This document shows, one piece after another, positions 28,323-37,922 of a stretch of 64,000 bases of DNA. Below the pieces are notes generated by a model. The model did no database searches. It worked only from the letters and a program-made list of their open reading frames with translations, and was not told the DNA's origin. Source of the DNA: an uncultured Oscillospiraceae bacterium (GTDB lineage Bacteria > Bacillota > Clostridia > Oscillospirales > Oscillospiraceae); contig CALXFP010000001.1 of the NCBI GenBank assembly GCA_944387615.1, forward strand, positions 1,088-65,087. Direction: 5' to 3'. The position numbers were made by a program, and so were the translations under genes. The first letter of the stretch is position 1, and every line of letters begins with the position of its first letter.

Positions 28323-30439
28323 GAATCTACAAAATGACGGCTACCTTCGGCAAGCTGGAACACCAGAGTCTGACCTTGGAGCCGGGACTGAATATCATCA
28401 CCGCACCCAATGAGTGGGGAAAAAGCACCTGGTGTGCTTTCCTGATTGCCATGTTCTACGGTGTGGATACCCGGGCCAAGTCTACAAAAAATGCCCTGGC
28501 CGACAAAGACCACTACACCCCCTGGTCCGGAAGCCCCATGTCCGGCCGGATTGATCTGAACTGGCAGGGCAGGGACATCACCATTGAACGAACCACCAAG
28601 CGGCGGATTCCTCTGGGAGAGTTCCGGGCTTATGAGACGGCAACGGGCCTGACGGTGAAGGAACTGACGGCGGCAAACTGCGGCCAGATGCTGCTGGGGG
28701 TAGAGCAGACGGTATTCCGCCGTGCTGGATTCATCCGCCAGGCAGATCTGCCGGTGACCCAGGACGAAGCCCTGCGCCGGCGGCTCAATGCCCTGGTTAC
28801 CACCGGAGATGAAAGCGGCGCTGCCGACCGCCTGGCGGTGCAGCTGAAGGAATTGAAAAACCGGTGCCGGTATAACCGCTCCGGTTTGCTGCCCCAGGCG
28901 GAGGCGGAGCGGGATGCTCTGGAAGGAAAACTGACAGAGATGGAATCTCTGGAGACCCAGAGCAAGAAGATGAAACAGCGCATTGAGGAAGTCAAGACCT
29001 GGCTGGAGCAGCTGTATAACCATCAGCAGGCGTTGGCGTACCAGGCTGCGGAAGAGAATGCAGCCCGGGTGGCACAGGCCTGGGACGCTCTAGATCACGC
29101 AGAGCGGGAACTGACGCAGCGGGAAGAAGCCTGCGCAAAATTGGCGCCCCGGGAGGAAGCGGAGCAGAAGCTGCGGGATCTGCGGCTGTTCCGGGATGAA
29201 TGGAACGCCATGCAGGCCGAGGTGCAGCGTCTTCCCCAGCAACCTCAGGAGCCGCAGATGCCCCAGCCTTTCACCGGTATGGAGCCGGAAGAGGCCAGAG
29301 CCATGGCTCACGCTGATGCTAAGACATTTGTAGATGCAAAAACCAGCAAAACGCCGGGAATCCTGATGGGAATCGGTATTTTTGGCCTGCTGGCAGCCGG
29401 TGTGCTGATGCTCTTGACCGCCTATGTCTTTGCGGCAGTGGCAGGCGGCGCCGCAGCCATTGCCCTGATTTGGGGAATTGTTGAGGCTATCTCTTCCAAA
29501 AAACGGGCAAAAGACTTGGAACGCAAATATGGTACAGCCCAGTGCAGACATTGGGAAGATCCCGTGGACGAGTACGAGCAGGCTCAAGTCATCTATGAAA
29601 GCGATCTGCGCAGATTCAAGGAAAGCAGCGGTGATGTGGAAGTGCGCATGATGGTGCTGCGGAAAAAGCGGGATTCCCTGTGCGGCGATCAGGAACCGGA
29701 TGCCCTGCTGGATTTCTGGCAGCAGACGGTGAGCCAGTGGGATGGCTACTATGCCGCACGCCGGGAAGTTGCCCAGAACCGCAAGCACTTTGAAACCCTG
29801 CGGGCCATGGTCAAGCCGGCTGAAAAACCGTCAAAGCCCGACCATCTGACACAATCCGAGGCGGAAACTGCCCAGCTGCTGACAGAATGTGCTGTGGAGC
29901 AGCAGCGGCTGCAGAACCGTCTGGGTCAGTACCAGGGACGGATGGCAACCCTGGGGGATAAGCGGGAGATTGCGGCCCAGCTGGAGCAGAAGAACAAGCG
30001 GATTTCCCAGTTGGAAGAAACCTATACTGCACTGACCATTGCTCTGGAGACACTGAACCAGGCCCGTTCGGAGCTGCAGCGTCGGTTTGCCCCCAGAATT
30101 ACCAAGCGTGCCCAGAAGCTGCTGTCTCAAATGACCGACGGACGGTATCACAGCCTGACGATGCGGGAGGACTTCAGTCTGCAGTCCGGCGCCGGGGAGG
30201 AGGATACCCTCCATGACAGCCTCTGGCGCAGCGACGGAACCATCGATCAGCTGTATCTGGCGCTGCGGCTGGCAGTGGCGGAGGAGCTGACACCGGAAAT
30301 CCCCCTGGTTCTGGATGACGCACTGGTGCGTTTTGACGATACCCGGATGAAAGCCGCACTGGACATCCTCCGGGACGTGGCGAAGAATCGACAAGTAATC
30401 TGCTTTACCTGCCAGAATCGGGAAAAGCAAGCGCAATAA
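28319..30439 (+). CDS. SbcC/YhaN-like SMC-type ATPase with central TM hairpin
   Basis: Walker A PNEWGKST, coiled coils, SDGT..QLYLALRLA, Walker B LVLDD. Confidence 0.88.
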   Translation: MRIYKMTATFGKLEHQSLTLEPGLNIITAPNEWGKSTWCAFLIAMFYGVDTRAKSTKNALADKDHYTPWSGSPMSGRIDLNWQGRDITIERTTKRRIPLGEFRAYETATGLTVKELTAANCGQMLLGVEQTVFRRAGFIRQADLPVTQDEALRRRLNALVTTGDESGAADRLAVQLKELKNRCRYNRSGLLPQAEAERDALEGKLTEMESLETQSKKMKQRIEEVKTWLEQLYNHQQALAYQAAEENAARVAQAWDALDHAERELTQREEACAKLAPREEAEQKLRDLRLFRDEWNAMQAEVQRLPQQPQEPQMPQPFTGMEPEEARAMAHADAKTFVDAKTSKTPGILMGIGIFGLLAAGVLMLLTAYVFAAVAGGAAAIALIWGIVEAISSKKRAKDLERKYGTAQCRHWEDPVDEYEQAQVIYESDLRRFKESSGDVEVRMMVLRKKRDSLCGDQEPDALLDFWQQTVSQWDGYYAARREVAQNRKHFETLRAMVKPAEKPSKPDHLTQSEAETAQLLTECAVEQQRLQNRLGQYQGRMATLGDKREIAAQLEQKNKRISQLEETYTALTIALETLNQARSELQRRFAPRITKRAQKLLSQMTDGRYHSLTMREDFSLQSGAGEEDTLHDSLWRSDGTIDQLYLALRLAVAEELTPEIPLVLDDALVRFDDTRMKAALDILRDVAKNRQVICFTCQNREKQAQ

Positions 30440-30444
30440 ACACC

Positions 30445-30700
30445 AACGGCAGGGGCTTAGCCCCTGCCGTTCAGCGAGTCAAAAAAGCCTCGCAGAGTTT
30501 GCTGCGGTAGCAGCAAATAAAGTTAAAACCGTTTTCTGCCAGGGCGTGTACCTGGCAGAAAACACTTATCAGGCTGCAAGTGTGGAATTTGTCCCCCATC
30601 AGGGGACAAATTATGCGCGCAGCAGACTGCCAAAGTTTGTCGGAAAAGCCCGCAGGGGTTTTTCGACAGCCTTAAAGGCAGGGGCTTGGCCCCTGCCTTT
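30445..30700. mobile_element. ~200-bp MITE-like element flanked by a duplicated terminator palindrome
   Basis: ggcaggggctt[a/g]gcccctgcc at 30448-30468 and 30677-30697; imperfect terminal IRs gtcaaaaaa / tttttcgac; internal hairpins; no ORF. Confidence 0.65.
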
Positions 30701-30701
30701 C

Positions 30702-31484
30702 TTACTTATGAAAAATTGGCTGACGATTTTCAAAGGTGCAAACGTATCCAAAAATGTCCTTCAGAATTTCCGCAGCCTCCCGGGAATACTGTCCCACCCG
30801 ATCACAGCGATGAGCATCGGAGCCGATGGTGACAATTTCACCGCCCAGCTCCCGGAAGCGCCGGAAGTAATCTGCCGTGGGCAAAAAGCCGCCGCAGCGG
30901 TCTACGCCGCTGGTGTTCATTTCCAATCCCTTTCCCTTGGCGGCCAGAATTCTCAGGATTTCGTCAATGATTTCCCGGTGCTCCTCATATGGCACAGGAC
31001 GAGGAGCAGGGTGTCCGGCGGTTTTGCTGATGTAGGTCAGATGGGCCAGAACGTCAAAGTCCTGGTGAATCTGAACGCAGGCCAGAGTTTCTTCCAGATA
31101 CCGCCGCTCTGCCTGCCAGACGGTTTTGCCTTCCCAGTAACCGGAAAAATAAACATCCAACTTGTCCACAAAGTGGATGGAGCCCAGCACAAAATCAAAG
31201 GGCCGCCGCTGCAAATCCTGCAAAAGCTGATCCTGATTCTCTTCGGTCAGGCCAAACTCCATACCTCTGCGGATTTTCAGCCCCGGAACTTCCAGATTAT
31301 CATACTCTTGGTTATACTTTGCGGTATCGAAGGCCATGGTGGGGATTTTTCCCAGGGGGTCATAGTCCACATGGTCGGTAAAACAAATTTCCTCCAGTCC
31401 CGCGGCAGCGGCAGCCAGGGCCATATCTTTGCCGGTGTCGTGTCCGTCAAAGGATACCCGAGAGTGCATATGAAAGTCAAACAT
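30702..31484 (-). CDS. PHP-family (HisJ-like) histidinol-phosphatase
   Basis: DFHMHS, TDH, GSIH, AHL, EMNTSG, GSDAH. Confidence 0.85.
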   Translation of the reverse strand: MFDFHMHSRVSFDGHDTGKDMALAAAAAGLEEICFTDHVDYDPLGKIPTMAFDTAKYNQEYDNLEVPGLKIRRGMEFGLTEENQDQLLQDLQRRPFDFVLGSIHFVDKLDVYFSGYWEGKTVWQAERRYLEETLACVQIHQDFDVLAHLTYISKTAGHPAPRPVPYEEHREIIDEILRILAAKGKGLEMNTSGVDRCGGFLPTADYFRRFRELGGEIVTIGSDAHRCDRVGQYSREAAEILKDIFGYVCTFENRQPIFHK

Positions 31485-32550
31485 TCTCTATCTCCTCCCA
31501 GAATTGGCGGAACGCCGTGGGCAGCGCCGCCTGTGTGCGAATTTCTTCCGCTGTAAACCACTGAAAATTCCCGGCTGTATCGGAAACTTCCAGATAAAGC
31601 CCTTTCATATCCCACTGGATGTGGGTAAAAATATGTTTTCGGGATACCTCCCGCAGTACCTGTCTGGGGCGCAGACCCATCTGTTCCACCTGAGAAAGCG
31701 CTGCATCCAGAGGCAGATGGCCTGCTACATTGGGAAACTGCCACAGCCCCGCCAGCAAGCCGGTCTGGGGCCGCTTTTCCAGGGCATACCGTCCGTCACA
31801 GCTGAGGATGAATACGGTGCGGTTTTCCTGGCGTTTTTCCTTTTTGGGCGACTTCACCGGCAAGTTTTCAGCGGTATTGTGCTGATATCCCAGGCAGAAG
31901 CTATGGCAGGGACAGAGGCTGCATTCCGGCTTCCGGTTCGGGCCGCAGAGGGTTGCCCCCAGTTCCATCAGCGCCTGGGTAAAATCTCCGGCGTTTTCCG
32001 GGTAGACGGCCGCCAGCCCTTCCCGAATCCGTGCCTTTGTAGCGGGCAGATCGATGGGTGCGGGATCATCCAGCAAACGGGAACACACCCGAAGCACATT
32101 TCCGTCAACAGCCGGTGTGGGCAAATTGAAGGCGATGGAGCAAACAGCCCCAGCGGTGTATTCTCCGATTCCCGGCAATGCCAGCACCTGCTGGTATGTC
32201 TGGGGAAAGACCCCATCATAGTCCCGGACAATCACCTGAGCGGCTTTCTTGAGATTGCGCACCCGGCTGTAATACCCCAGCCCTTCCCAGAGCTTGTGCA
32301 AAACCTCGTCCGGACACTCTGCTAAAGCCTCCACATTGGGAAGCGCCTCCAAAAACCGGCTGTAATAGCCCTTCACGGCTTCCACCCGGGTCTGCTGAAG
32401 CATAATCTCCGAGAGCCAAATGGGGTAGGGCTGCCGGGTTTGGCGCCAGGGAAGATCCCGATGTCCGGCCGCATACCAGGGAAGCAAAGCTTCCGGAAGT
32501 TTGTCTAAAATCTGCATCAAATCGACTGTTTCACCCTTTCTAGCTGCCAT
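31477..32550 (-). CDS. mutY: A/G-specific adenine glycosylase
   Basis: SEIMLQQT, WEGLGYYSR, LPGIGEYTA, VDGNV, C-x6-C-x2-C-x5-C; the start may be ATG 32517. Confidence 0.95.
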   Translation of the reverse strand: MAARKGETVDLMQILDKLPEALLPWYAAGHRDLPWRQTRQPYPIWLSEIMLQQTRVEAVKGYYSRFLEALPNVEALAECPDEVLHKLWEGLGYYSRVRNLKKAAQVIVRDYDGVFPQTYQQVLALPGIGEYTAGAVCSIAFNLPTPAVDGNVLRVCSRLLDDPAPIDLPATKARIREGLAAVYPENAGDFTQALMELGATLCGPNRKPECSLCPCHSFCLGYQHNTAENLPVKSPKKEKRQENRTVFILSCDGRYALEKRPQTGLLAGLWQFPNVAGHLPLDAALSQVEQMGLRPRQVLREVSRKHIFTHIQWDMKGLYLEVSDTAGNFQWFTAEEIRTQAALPTAFRQFWEEIENV

Positions 32551-32695
32551 GATTGTACAATAGAACCGGATATCCTGTCAAGGAGTCCCCGGGCCGAGAA
32601 AAAATAATTCTGAAAAATGAAAAATTTTGAAAAAAGTACTTGCAATTTTGAAAAAGGTGTGTTATTATACTTTGGCACTTGAGTGATGTGCTTAT

Positions 32696-32772
32696 GCGCC
32701 GATAGCTCAGTTGGATAGAGTGACTGACTACGAATCAGTAGGTCGGGGGTTCGAGTCCCTTTCGGCGTACCA
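32696..32772 (+). tRNA. tRNA-Arg(ACG)
   Basis: GCGCCGA stem, anticodon loop CTACGAA, GGTTCGAGT, CCA; promoter TTGCAA-17-TATTAT at 32640-32668. Confidence 0.96.
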
Positions 32773-32928
32773 AAGAAGAATAATCCGAACCTTATCTCAG
32801 TAGGAGAAGGGTTCGGATTATTTTTGTATTTGGGACTCGAACAATAAAATGCAAATGTCCGGTGGACATTTGCTCGGCGGCTTGACGATGCCGACACAAT
32901 CATGCTGCGAGTCCCTTTCGGCGTACCA
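32752..32928 (+). repeat. 21-bp direct repeat of the tRNA-Arg 3' end enclosing a 135-bp structured insert
   Basis: cgagtccctttcggcgtacca at 32752-32772 and 32908-32928. Confidence 0.85.
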
Positions 32929-33061
32929 GGAATCACCCGGAATCGTAAGATTCCAGGTGATTTTCTTTTTTGCGCCCACTGCACGCCAAATTCTGGAAGT
33001 TTCTACCAAAACTGACACCTGCTTTCCGGTACCGACGTACATTGGAAAGGAGGTGTTTTAT

Positions 33062-34330
33062 TTGAAGGCGAAATTTATCCTGTCCGCCGGATTTGGAGGG
33101 CTGTGGCTGGCTATCTCCACATACTACGCCATCGGCTGGGCAGGAGAGCTTACCCAAATCTTCTCGGCGGTCTACGTCTGGTGGGTGATTGTGGGAATCG
33201 CGCTGCTGCCGGGATTTTTGATGAGCATGATGTTCTTTTCCAATCTGCTGCATCAGAAGCTGAGGCAGTATCCTCAGGTTTTTCAGGATACAACCGTGAT
33301 TCTGTGTGCCCACAACGAAGAAAAAACCATTGGCGGGGCGATTCGGGCTATTTTGAATCAGGAGTATCCCGGCTGTATCCGCCTGATTGTGGTGGATAAT
33401 GCGTCCACGGACCATACAAGAGAGGAAATTAAAAAATATCAGGGCCATTGCCGGAAGGATCGCTGGGTGCAATATGTTTACTGTGCCCATCCCGGCAAAG
33501 CCTATGCCCTGAACATGGGGTTGGAAATGGTCACCACGCCCTATTTTTTGACCGTTGATGCCGACACGTTCCTGGAAAAATACGCTGTGCAGCGCATTAT
33601 GGACCATATTGTTTTCCGGAAAAGCGCCTGCGTGGCGGGAAATTTGTATGTGGAAAATACCAAAGCCTCTCTGGCAGCCAGAATGCAGAACTATGACTAC
33701 CTGCTGAGCATTGCAGCTACCAAGCGATTCCAGGGAAGCTATCAATCCACGCTGGTTGCCCAAGGGGCGTTCAGTGCCTACAATACCGATGCGGTACGCC
33801 GGGTAGGAGGGTGGCAGGACGTACTGGGGGAAGACATCGTTCTGACCTACCAGCTGCTGAGTCTGGGCTTTGCCTCTACCTACGAACCCAGGGCGGTGGG
33901 ATACACCATGGTCCCAGTTACGCTGGAGCAGCTATACAATCAGCGAAAACGCTGGGCAATCGGAATGCTGGAAGGCCTTACCGCGGTTCCGCCCTGGAAG
34001 CAGGCGACAGCTTATTCCCGATACTTTACCAGCGTCAACCTGTCCGTCATCTATCTGGATTTGGCGTATTTGTTTGGTTTCATTCCCGGGGTGATCCTTG
34101 CGTTATTCGGTTACTGCTTCTTTGTGGGGATTTTGACGCTGATTACCGTGGCGATCTGCATTCTGCTTTTCTGGAGTATGTACCGGTATCAAAAGCGCTT
34201 GGGGATACCCTTTCAAAACAGCATCTGCGGATTCGTCTTCTTTTTGCTGTTTTTCCAGGCCATTCAAAGCACGGCGGCGGTGCATGGGTATCTGATTTTC
34301 TTGCTGCATAGGGGGAAAAAGTGGAAATGA
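33062..34330 (+). CDS. Processive GT2 glycosyltransferase (IcaA/PgaC-like)
   Basis: TTG start with AAGGAGG; VVDNAS, GKA, DAD, ED, QRKRW; N- and C-terminal TMs. Confidence 0.88.
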   Translation: MKAKFILSAGFGGLWLAISTYYAIGWAGELTQIFSAVYVWWVIVGIALLPGFLMSMMFFSNLLHQKLRQYPQVFQDTTVILCAHNEEKTIGGAIRAILNQEYPGCIRLIVVDNASTDHTREEIKKYQGHCRKDRWVQYVYCAHPGKAYALNMGLEMVTTPYFLTVDADTFLEKYAVQRIMDHIVFRKSACVAGNLYVENTKASLAARMQNYDYLLSIAATKRFQGSYQSTLVAQGAFSAYNTDAVRRVGGWQDVLGEDIVLTYQLLSLGFASTYEPRAVGYTMVPVTLEQLYNQRKRWAIGMLEGLTAVPPWKQATAYSRYFTSVNLSVIYLDLAYLFGFIPGVILALFGYCFFVGILTLITVAICILLFWSMYRYQKRLGIPFQNSICGFVFFLLFFQAIQSTAAVHGYLIFLLHRGKKWK

Positions 34331-35016
34331 GACGAAAAAACCTCTTTTTCGTGGCGGGAATGTGGATTTTGATTGGGCTGGTCAGTATGGGCCTGCTGAT
34401 GAACGTTCAGGGAAAGATTGATCCAATCCCCCAGAAAATCTCCCCCAAGGAGCCGGTTGTGGCGCTGACCTTTGACGATGGCCCCAACCCTCAATTTACA
34501 CCCCAGATTCTGGATGTCCTGTATGAGCAGCAGGTACCTGCTACGTTTTTTCTGGTGGGGCAGCAGATGGAAGGGCAGGAGTGGCTCGTCCGGAAAATTG
34601 CTGCCAGCGGCCATGAAATCGGGAACCACACCGATTCTCACCCGGATCTGACCACGTTGGAAGGGCCGCAGATCTTGGAAGAGATTCAGAAAACCCAGGA
34701 AACATTGGGGGAGATTCTGCCGGATTACACCATGAAATTTCTTCGTCCGCCTTATGGAAGGCAAAATGAAACAGTTTGCCAGTCTTCGCCGCTGCCGCTG
34801 ATCCGTTGGGATGTGGACAGCGGAGATTGGGAAGATCCCCAGGCCGAAGCGATCTATACAACGGTTATTGAGAATATCCAGGATGGAGATATCGTGGTTT
34901 TTCACGATGATAACCCGGAGACCGTGAAAGCTCTGGAACAGATTCTGCCTGCACTGAAGGCACGGGGATATCAATTCGCTACGGTTTCAACCCTGCTTGG
35001 TTTGAAGAAGGGGTGA
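34327..35016 (+). CDS. Polysaccharide deacetylase (CE4/NodB)
   Basis: TFDDGP, HTDSH, RPPYG, DSGDW, FHD; N-terminal TM; ATGA overlap with the GT2 gene. Confidence 0.92.
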   Translation: MRRKNLFFVAGMWILIGLVSMGLLMNVQGKIDPIPQKISPKEPVVALTFDDGPNPQFTPQILDVLYEQQVPATFFLVGQQMEGQEWLVRKIAASGHEIGNHTDSHPDLTTLEGPQILEEIQKTQETLGEILPDYTMKFLRPPYGRQNETVCQSSPLPLIRWDVDSGDWEDPQAEAIYTTVIENIQDGDIVVFHDDNPETVKALEQILPALKARGYQFATVSTLLGLKKG

Positions 35017-35249
35017 AAACACTTTCTCAGGCCAGGAAACATTATTCACAGAAGGCAGACCCGACAAAGAATCGGTGTCTGCCTTCGGGATATGGAAAAA
35101 AGTGTAAAAATATGATAGAATACCCCCATAGATTGGATTCCATGGGGGCACTGTGCCTGAAGTCAGGAAAAAGCAAGAATTTGGCCATGGATTTTTTGGA
35201 AAAATCCTGATAGGATTCTGTCAGTACCAGCGGCAAGGAGGAAAGCGTA

Positions 35250-37907
35250 ATGTCAAAACAGGCAAGCAGCCCTACCAGAGACTATGCCTGCCAGGAAGCG
35301 CAGGCGCTATGCCGGAATCTGGGGACAACCCTCCAAGGGCTTCCGGAACAGGCAGTGGAAGAAATGCGCCAGCGATACGGCAGCAATGTGTTCAAAGAGA
35401 ATGGACAAGATAGCATACATAGACGGGTAATCCGGGCATTTTTTAACCCCTTTCACATCATTTTGCTGATTCTGGCACTGGTGTCCATCGTGACGGATGT
35501 GCTGATGGCCTCCGATTTTGCCCGCAATGCTTCCACTGCCACGATTATCCTGTCCATGATTCTGATCAGCGGAGTCATCCGGCTGATTCAGGAAATGCGG
35601 GCCAAACGTGCGGCAGATCAGCTGAACCGCCTGATTTATGCGGATGTTTCTGTAATGAGAAATGGTCAATGGTGCCGCATTCCGGCGAAAGAGCTGGTGG
35701 TGGGGGATTTGATTTCCTTCCGTGCGGGCGATCGCATTGCTGCGGATGTCCGGTTGACGGAGGCTTCGGATTTGCTGATTTCCCAGGCCGCCATTACCGG
35801 AGAAAGTGCGGTGTGTGAGAAGCAGGCGGGGGTGGCACCCAAAGACCCCGCACTTCCGCTGACCCAGATTCCGAACCTTGCCTTTATGGCCACAACGGTT
35901 ATCAGCGGCAGAGGACAGGGAATCGTAGTGGCAGTGGGGCACAAAACCCTGTATGGGCAGTTTGAACCGCCCAAAGCGAAACGCAAAGACTCCTTCCAGG
36001 CGGGGGCCAATTCCATTGCCTGGGTGATGATCCGCTTTGTGGCGGTGCTGATTCCCCTGGTGTTCCTCCTTCTGGGGGTGACCAAAGGGAAATGGCTGGA
36101 GTCCCTGGGATTCGCCCTGTCCATCTCCGTTGGCCTGGTGCCGGAGATGCTGCCCATGGTCATTACTGCCTGTCTGGCCAAGGGCAGCGTGGCCATGAGC
36201 AAAAAGCAGACCATTGTCAAGGACATCAACGCCATGCAGTCCTTCGGCAGTATGGATGTTTTGTGCATGGACAAGACCGGAACCCTGACCAACGAGAGCA
36301 TTCTGCTGGAATACTATATGGATGTTCTGGGAATGGAAAGCAAACAGGTGCTGGACTTTGCCTACTTGAACAGCGCCTACCATTCCGGGGTACGAAACCC
36401 CATTGACAATGCCATCCTGGCCTGCCAGTCCATGCCCGGACAGGCAGGGTATTATGAGGGGCTGCTCCACCGGTATCGCAAGCTGGACGAGATTCCTTTT
36501 GACTATGCCAGAAAAAGCGTCAGTGTCCTGGTCCAGGAAGAGGCAGGCCCTTGCCGGCTGATTGTGAAGGGGGAAATTCCCTATGTGGTATCCCGCTGCG
36601 CATTTGTGGCGTATCATGGTCAGATTCTGCCCATGGGAGAGGATGCCATGCAGAGCGTGTCGGCAGTTGTGGACGAGATGCTCCAAGACGGAATGAAGGT
36701 CATTGCGGTAGCAGAAAAGAGCCTGAATGGCCCTCTGGATCTGAATCAGGATGCGGAGAACGATTTGACACTGCTTGGCTACATTGCCTTTTTTGACGCG
36801 CCGAAAGCATCGGCAAAGGAATCGGTGGCGGCGCTGAAGCGGCTGAAAGTCAGTCCCAAAATCCTCACAGGTGACCAGGCGGCCATTGCCTCCTCGGTTT
36901 GCCGCCGGGTGGGAATTGACGCGGAAAAGATTCTGACCGGCTCTGCCATTGACAATATGTCGGAAGAAGAGCTGCGCCGGACGGTGGAAAGTACCCATGT
37001 ATTCGCCGAACTGACCCCGGGACAAAAGATGCGCCTGGTAGCCGCACTGCAGGAAAACGGTCACACGGTAGGATTTTTGGGTGACGGCATCAACGACATT
37101 CCGGCAATGCACCAGGCGGATGTGGGCATCTCCGTGGATACTGCGGTGGATGCAGCAAAAGATGCAGCGGACGTGGTGATGCTGCAAAAAGATCTGAATG
37201 TGCTGGAGCAGGGCATCCTGGAAGGCAGAAAGACCTTTGCCAATATGCGCAAGTACATTAAAATTACCGCTAGTTCCAACTTCGGCAACATTTTTGCCAT
37301 TGTCTGTGCCAGTGCCTTTTTGCCGTTCCTTCCCATGACATCTCTGCAGATTCTGCTGCTGAATCTTTTGTATGACATCTTGTGCATTGTGCTTCCCTGG
37401 GACAGGGTGGACGAAGAGGAGCTGTGTACGCCCAAAGAATGGTCTGGTAAAACCCTGAGCCGCTTTATGCTGTCCTTCGGGCCAATCAGTACGTTCTTTG
37501 ACATGGCAACCTTTGCCTTCTTGTTTTATGTACTGTGTCCGATGATGTGCGGCGGGGTGATGTTCAACAGTATTTCCGATGGGGCCATGCAGCAGCAGTT
37601 TATCGCCCTGTTTCAGACCGGGTGGTTCCTGGAATCCATGTGGACCCAGGTGCTGATTCTGCACTTTTTGCGAACGGCCAAGCTGCCAATACTGCAAAGC
37701 AGACCCTCCCGGCCTGTGATTTTGGTGACCCTGGCGGGAATCGGGGTGTTTACCGGGGTGACCTTTACCCAAAGCGCCGCCCTGTTTGGACTGACCCGGC
37801 TTCCGGGGATGTACTTTGTGTTCTTGCTGGGCGTGGTGATTGCCTATATGATTCTGACCACGCTGTGCAAGCTGCTTTATCAGAAAAAATATGGGGAACT
37901 GATCTGA
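35250..37907 (+). CDS. mgtA: Mg2+-translocating P-type ATPase, copy 1 (divergent)
   Basis: TGES, PEMLP, DKTGTLT, TGD, GDGIND, SSNFGN, GWFLES. Confidence 0.9.
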   Translation: MSKQASSPTRDYACQEAQALCRNLGTTLQGLPEQAVEEMRQRYGSNVFKENGQDSIHRRVIRAFFNPFHIILLILALVSIVTDVLMASDFARNASTATIILSMILISGVIRLIQEMRAKRAADQLNRLIYADVSVMRNGQWCRIPAKELVVGDLISFRAGDRIAADVRLTEASDLLISQAAITGESAVCEKQAGVAPKDPALPLTQIPNLAFMATTVISGRGQGIVVAVGHKTLYGQFEPPKAKRKDSFQAGANSIAWVMIRFVAVLIPLVFLLLGVTKGKWLESLGFALSISVGLVPEMLPMVITACLAKGSVAMSKKQTIVKDINAMQSFGSMDVLCMDKTGTLTNESILLEYYMDVLGMESKQVLDFAYLNSAYHSGVRNPIDNAILACQSMPGQAGYYEGLLHRYRKLDEIPFDYARKSVSVLVQEEAGPCRLIVKGEIPYVVSRCAFVAYHGQILPMGEDAMQSVSAVVDEMLQDGMKVIAVAEKSLNGPLDLNQDAENDLTLLGYIAFFDAPKASAKESVAALKRLKVSPKILTGDQAAIASSVCRRVGIDAEKILTGSAIDNMSEEELRRTVESTHVFAELTPGQKMRLVAALQENGHTVGFLGDGINDIPAMHQADVGISVDTAVDAAKDAADVVMLQKDLNVLEQGILEGRKTFANMRKYIKITASSNFGNIFAIVCASAFLPFLPMTSLQILLLNLLYDILCIVLPWDRVDEEELCTPKEWSGKTLSRFMLSFGPISTFFDMATFAFLFYVLCPMMCGGVMFNSISDGAMQQQFIALFQTGWFLESMWTQVLILHFLRTAKLPILQSRPSRPVILVTLAGIGVFTGVTFTQSAALFGLTRLPGMYFVFLLGVVIAYMILTTLCKLLYQKKYGELI

Positions 37908-37922
37908 AAGGGGGAGATTCAT

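Noticed and set aside
30445-30700. CRISPR array
   Set aside because: Only two palindromic copies about 230 bp apart, no regular spacers and no cas genes.
32908-32928. Second tRNA-Arg or prophage attR
   Set aside because: Only 21 nt are duplicated, 135 bp apart, with no integrase or phage genes in the window.
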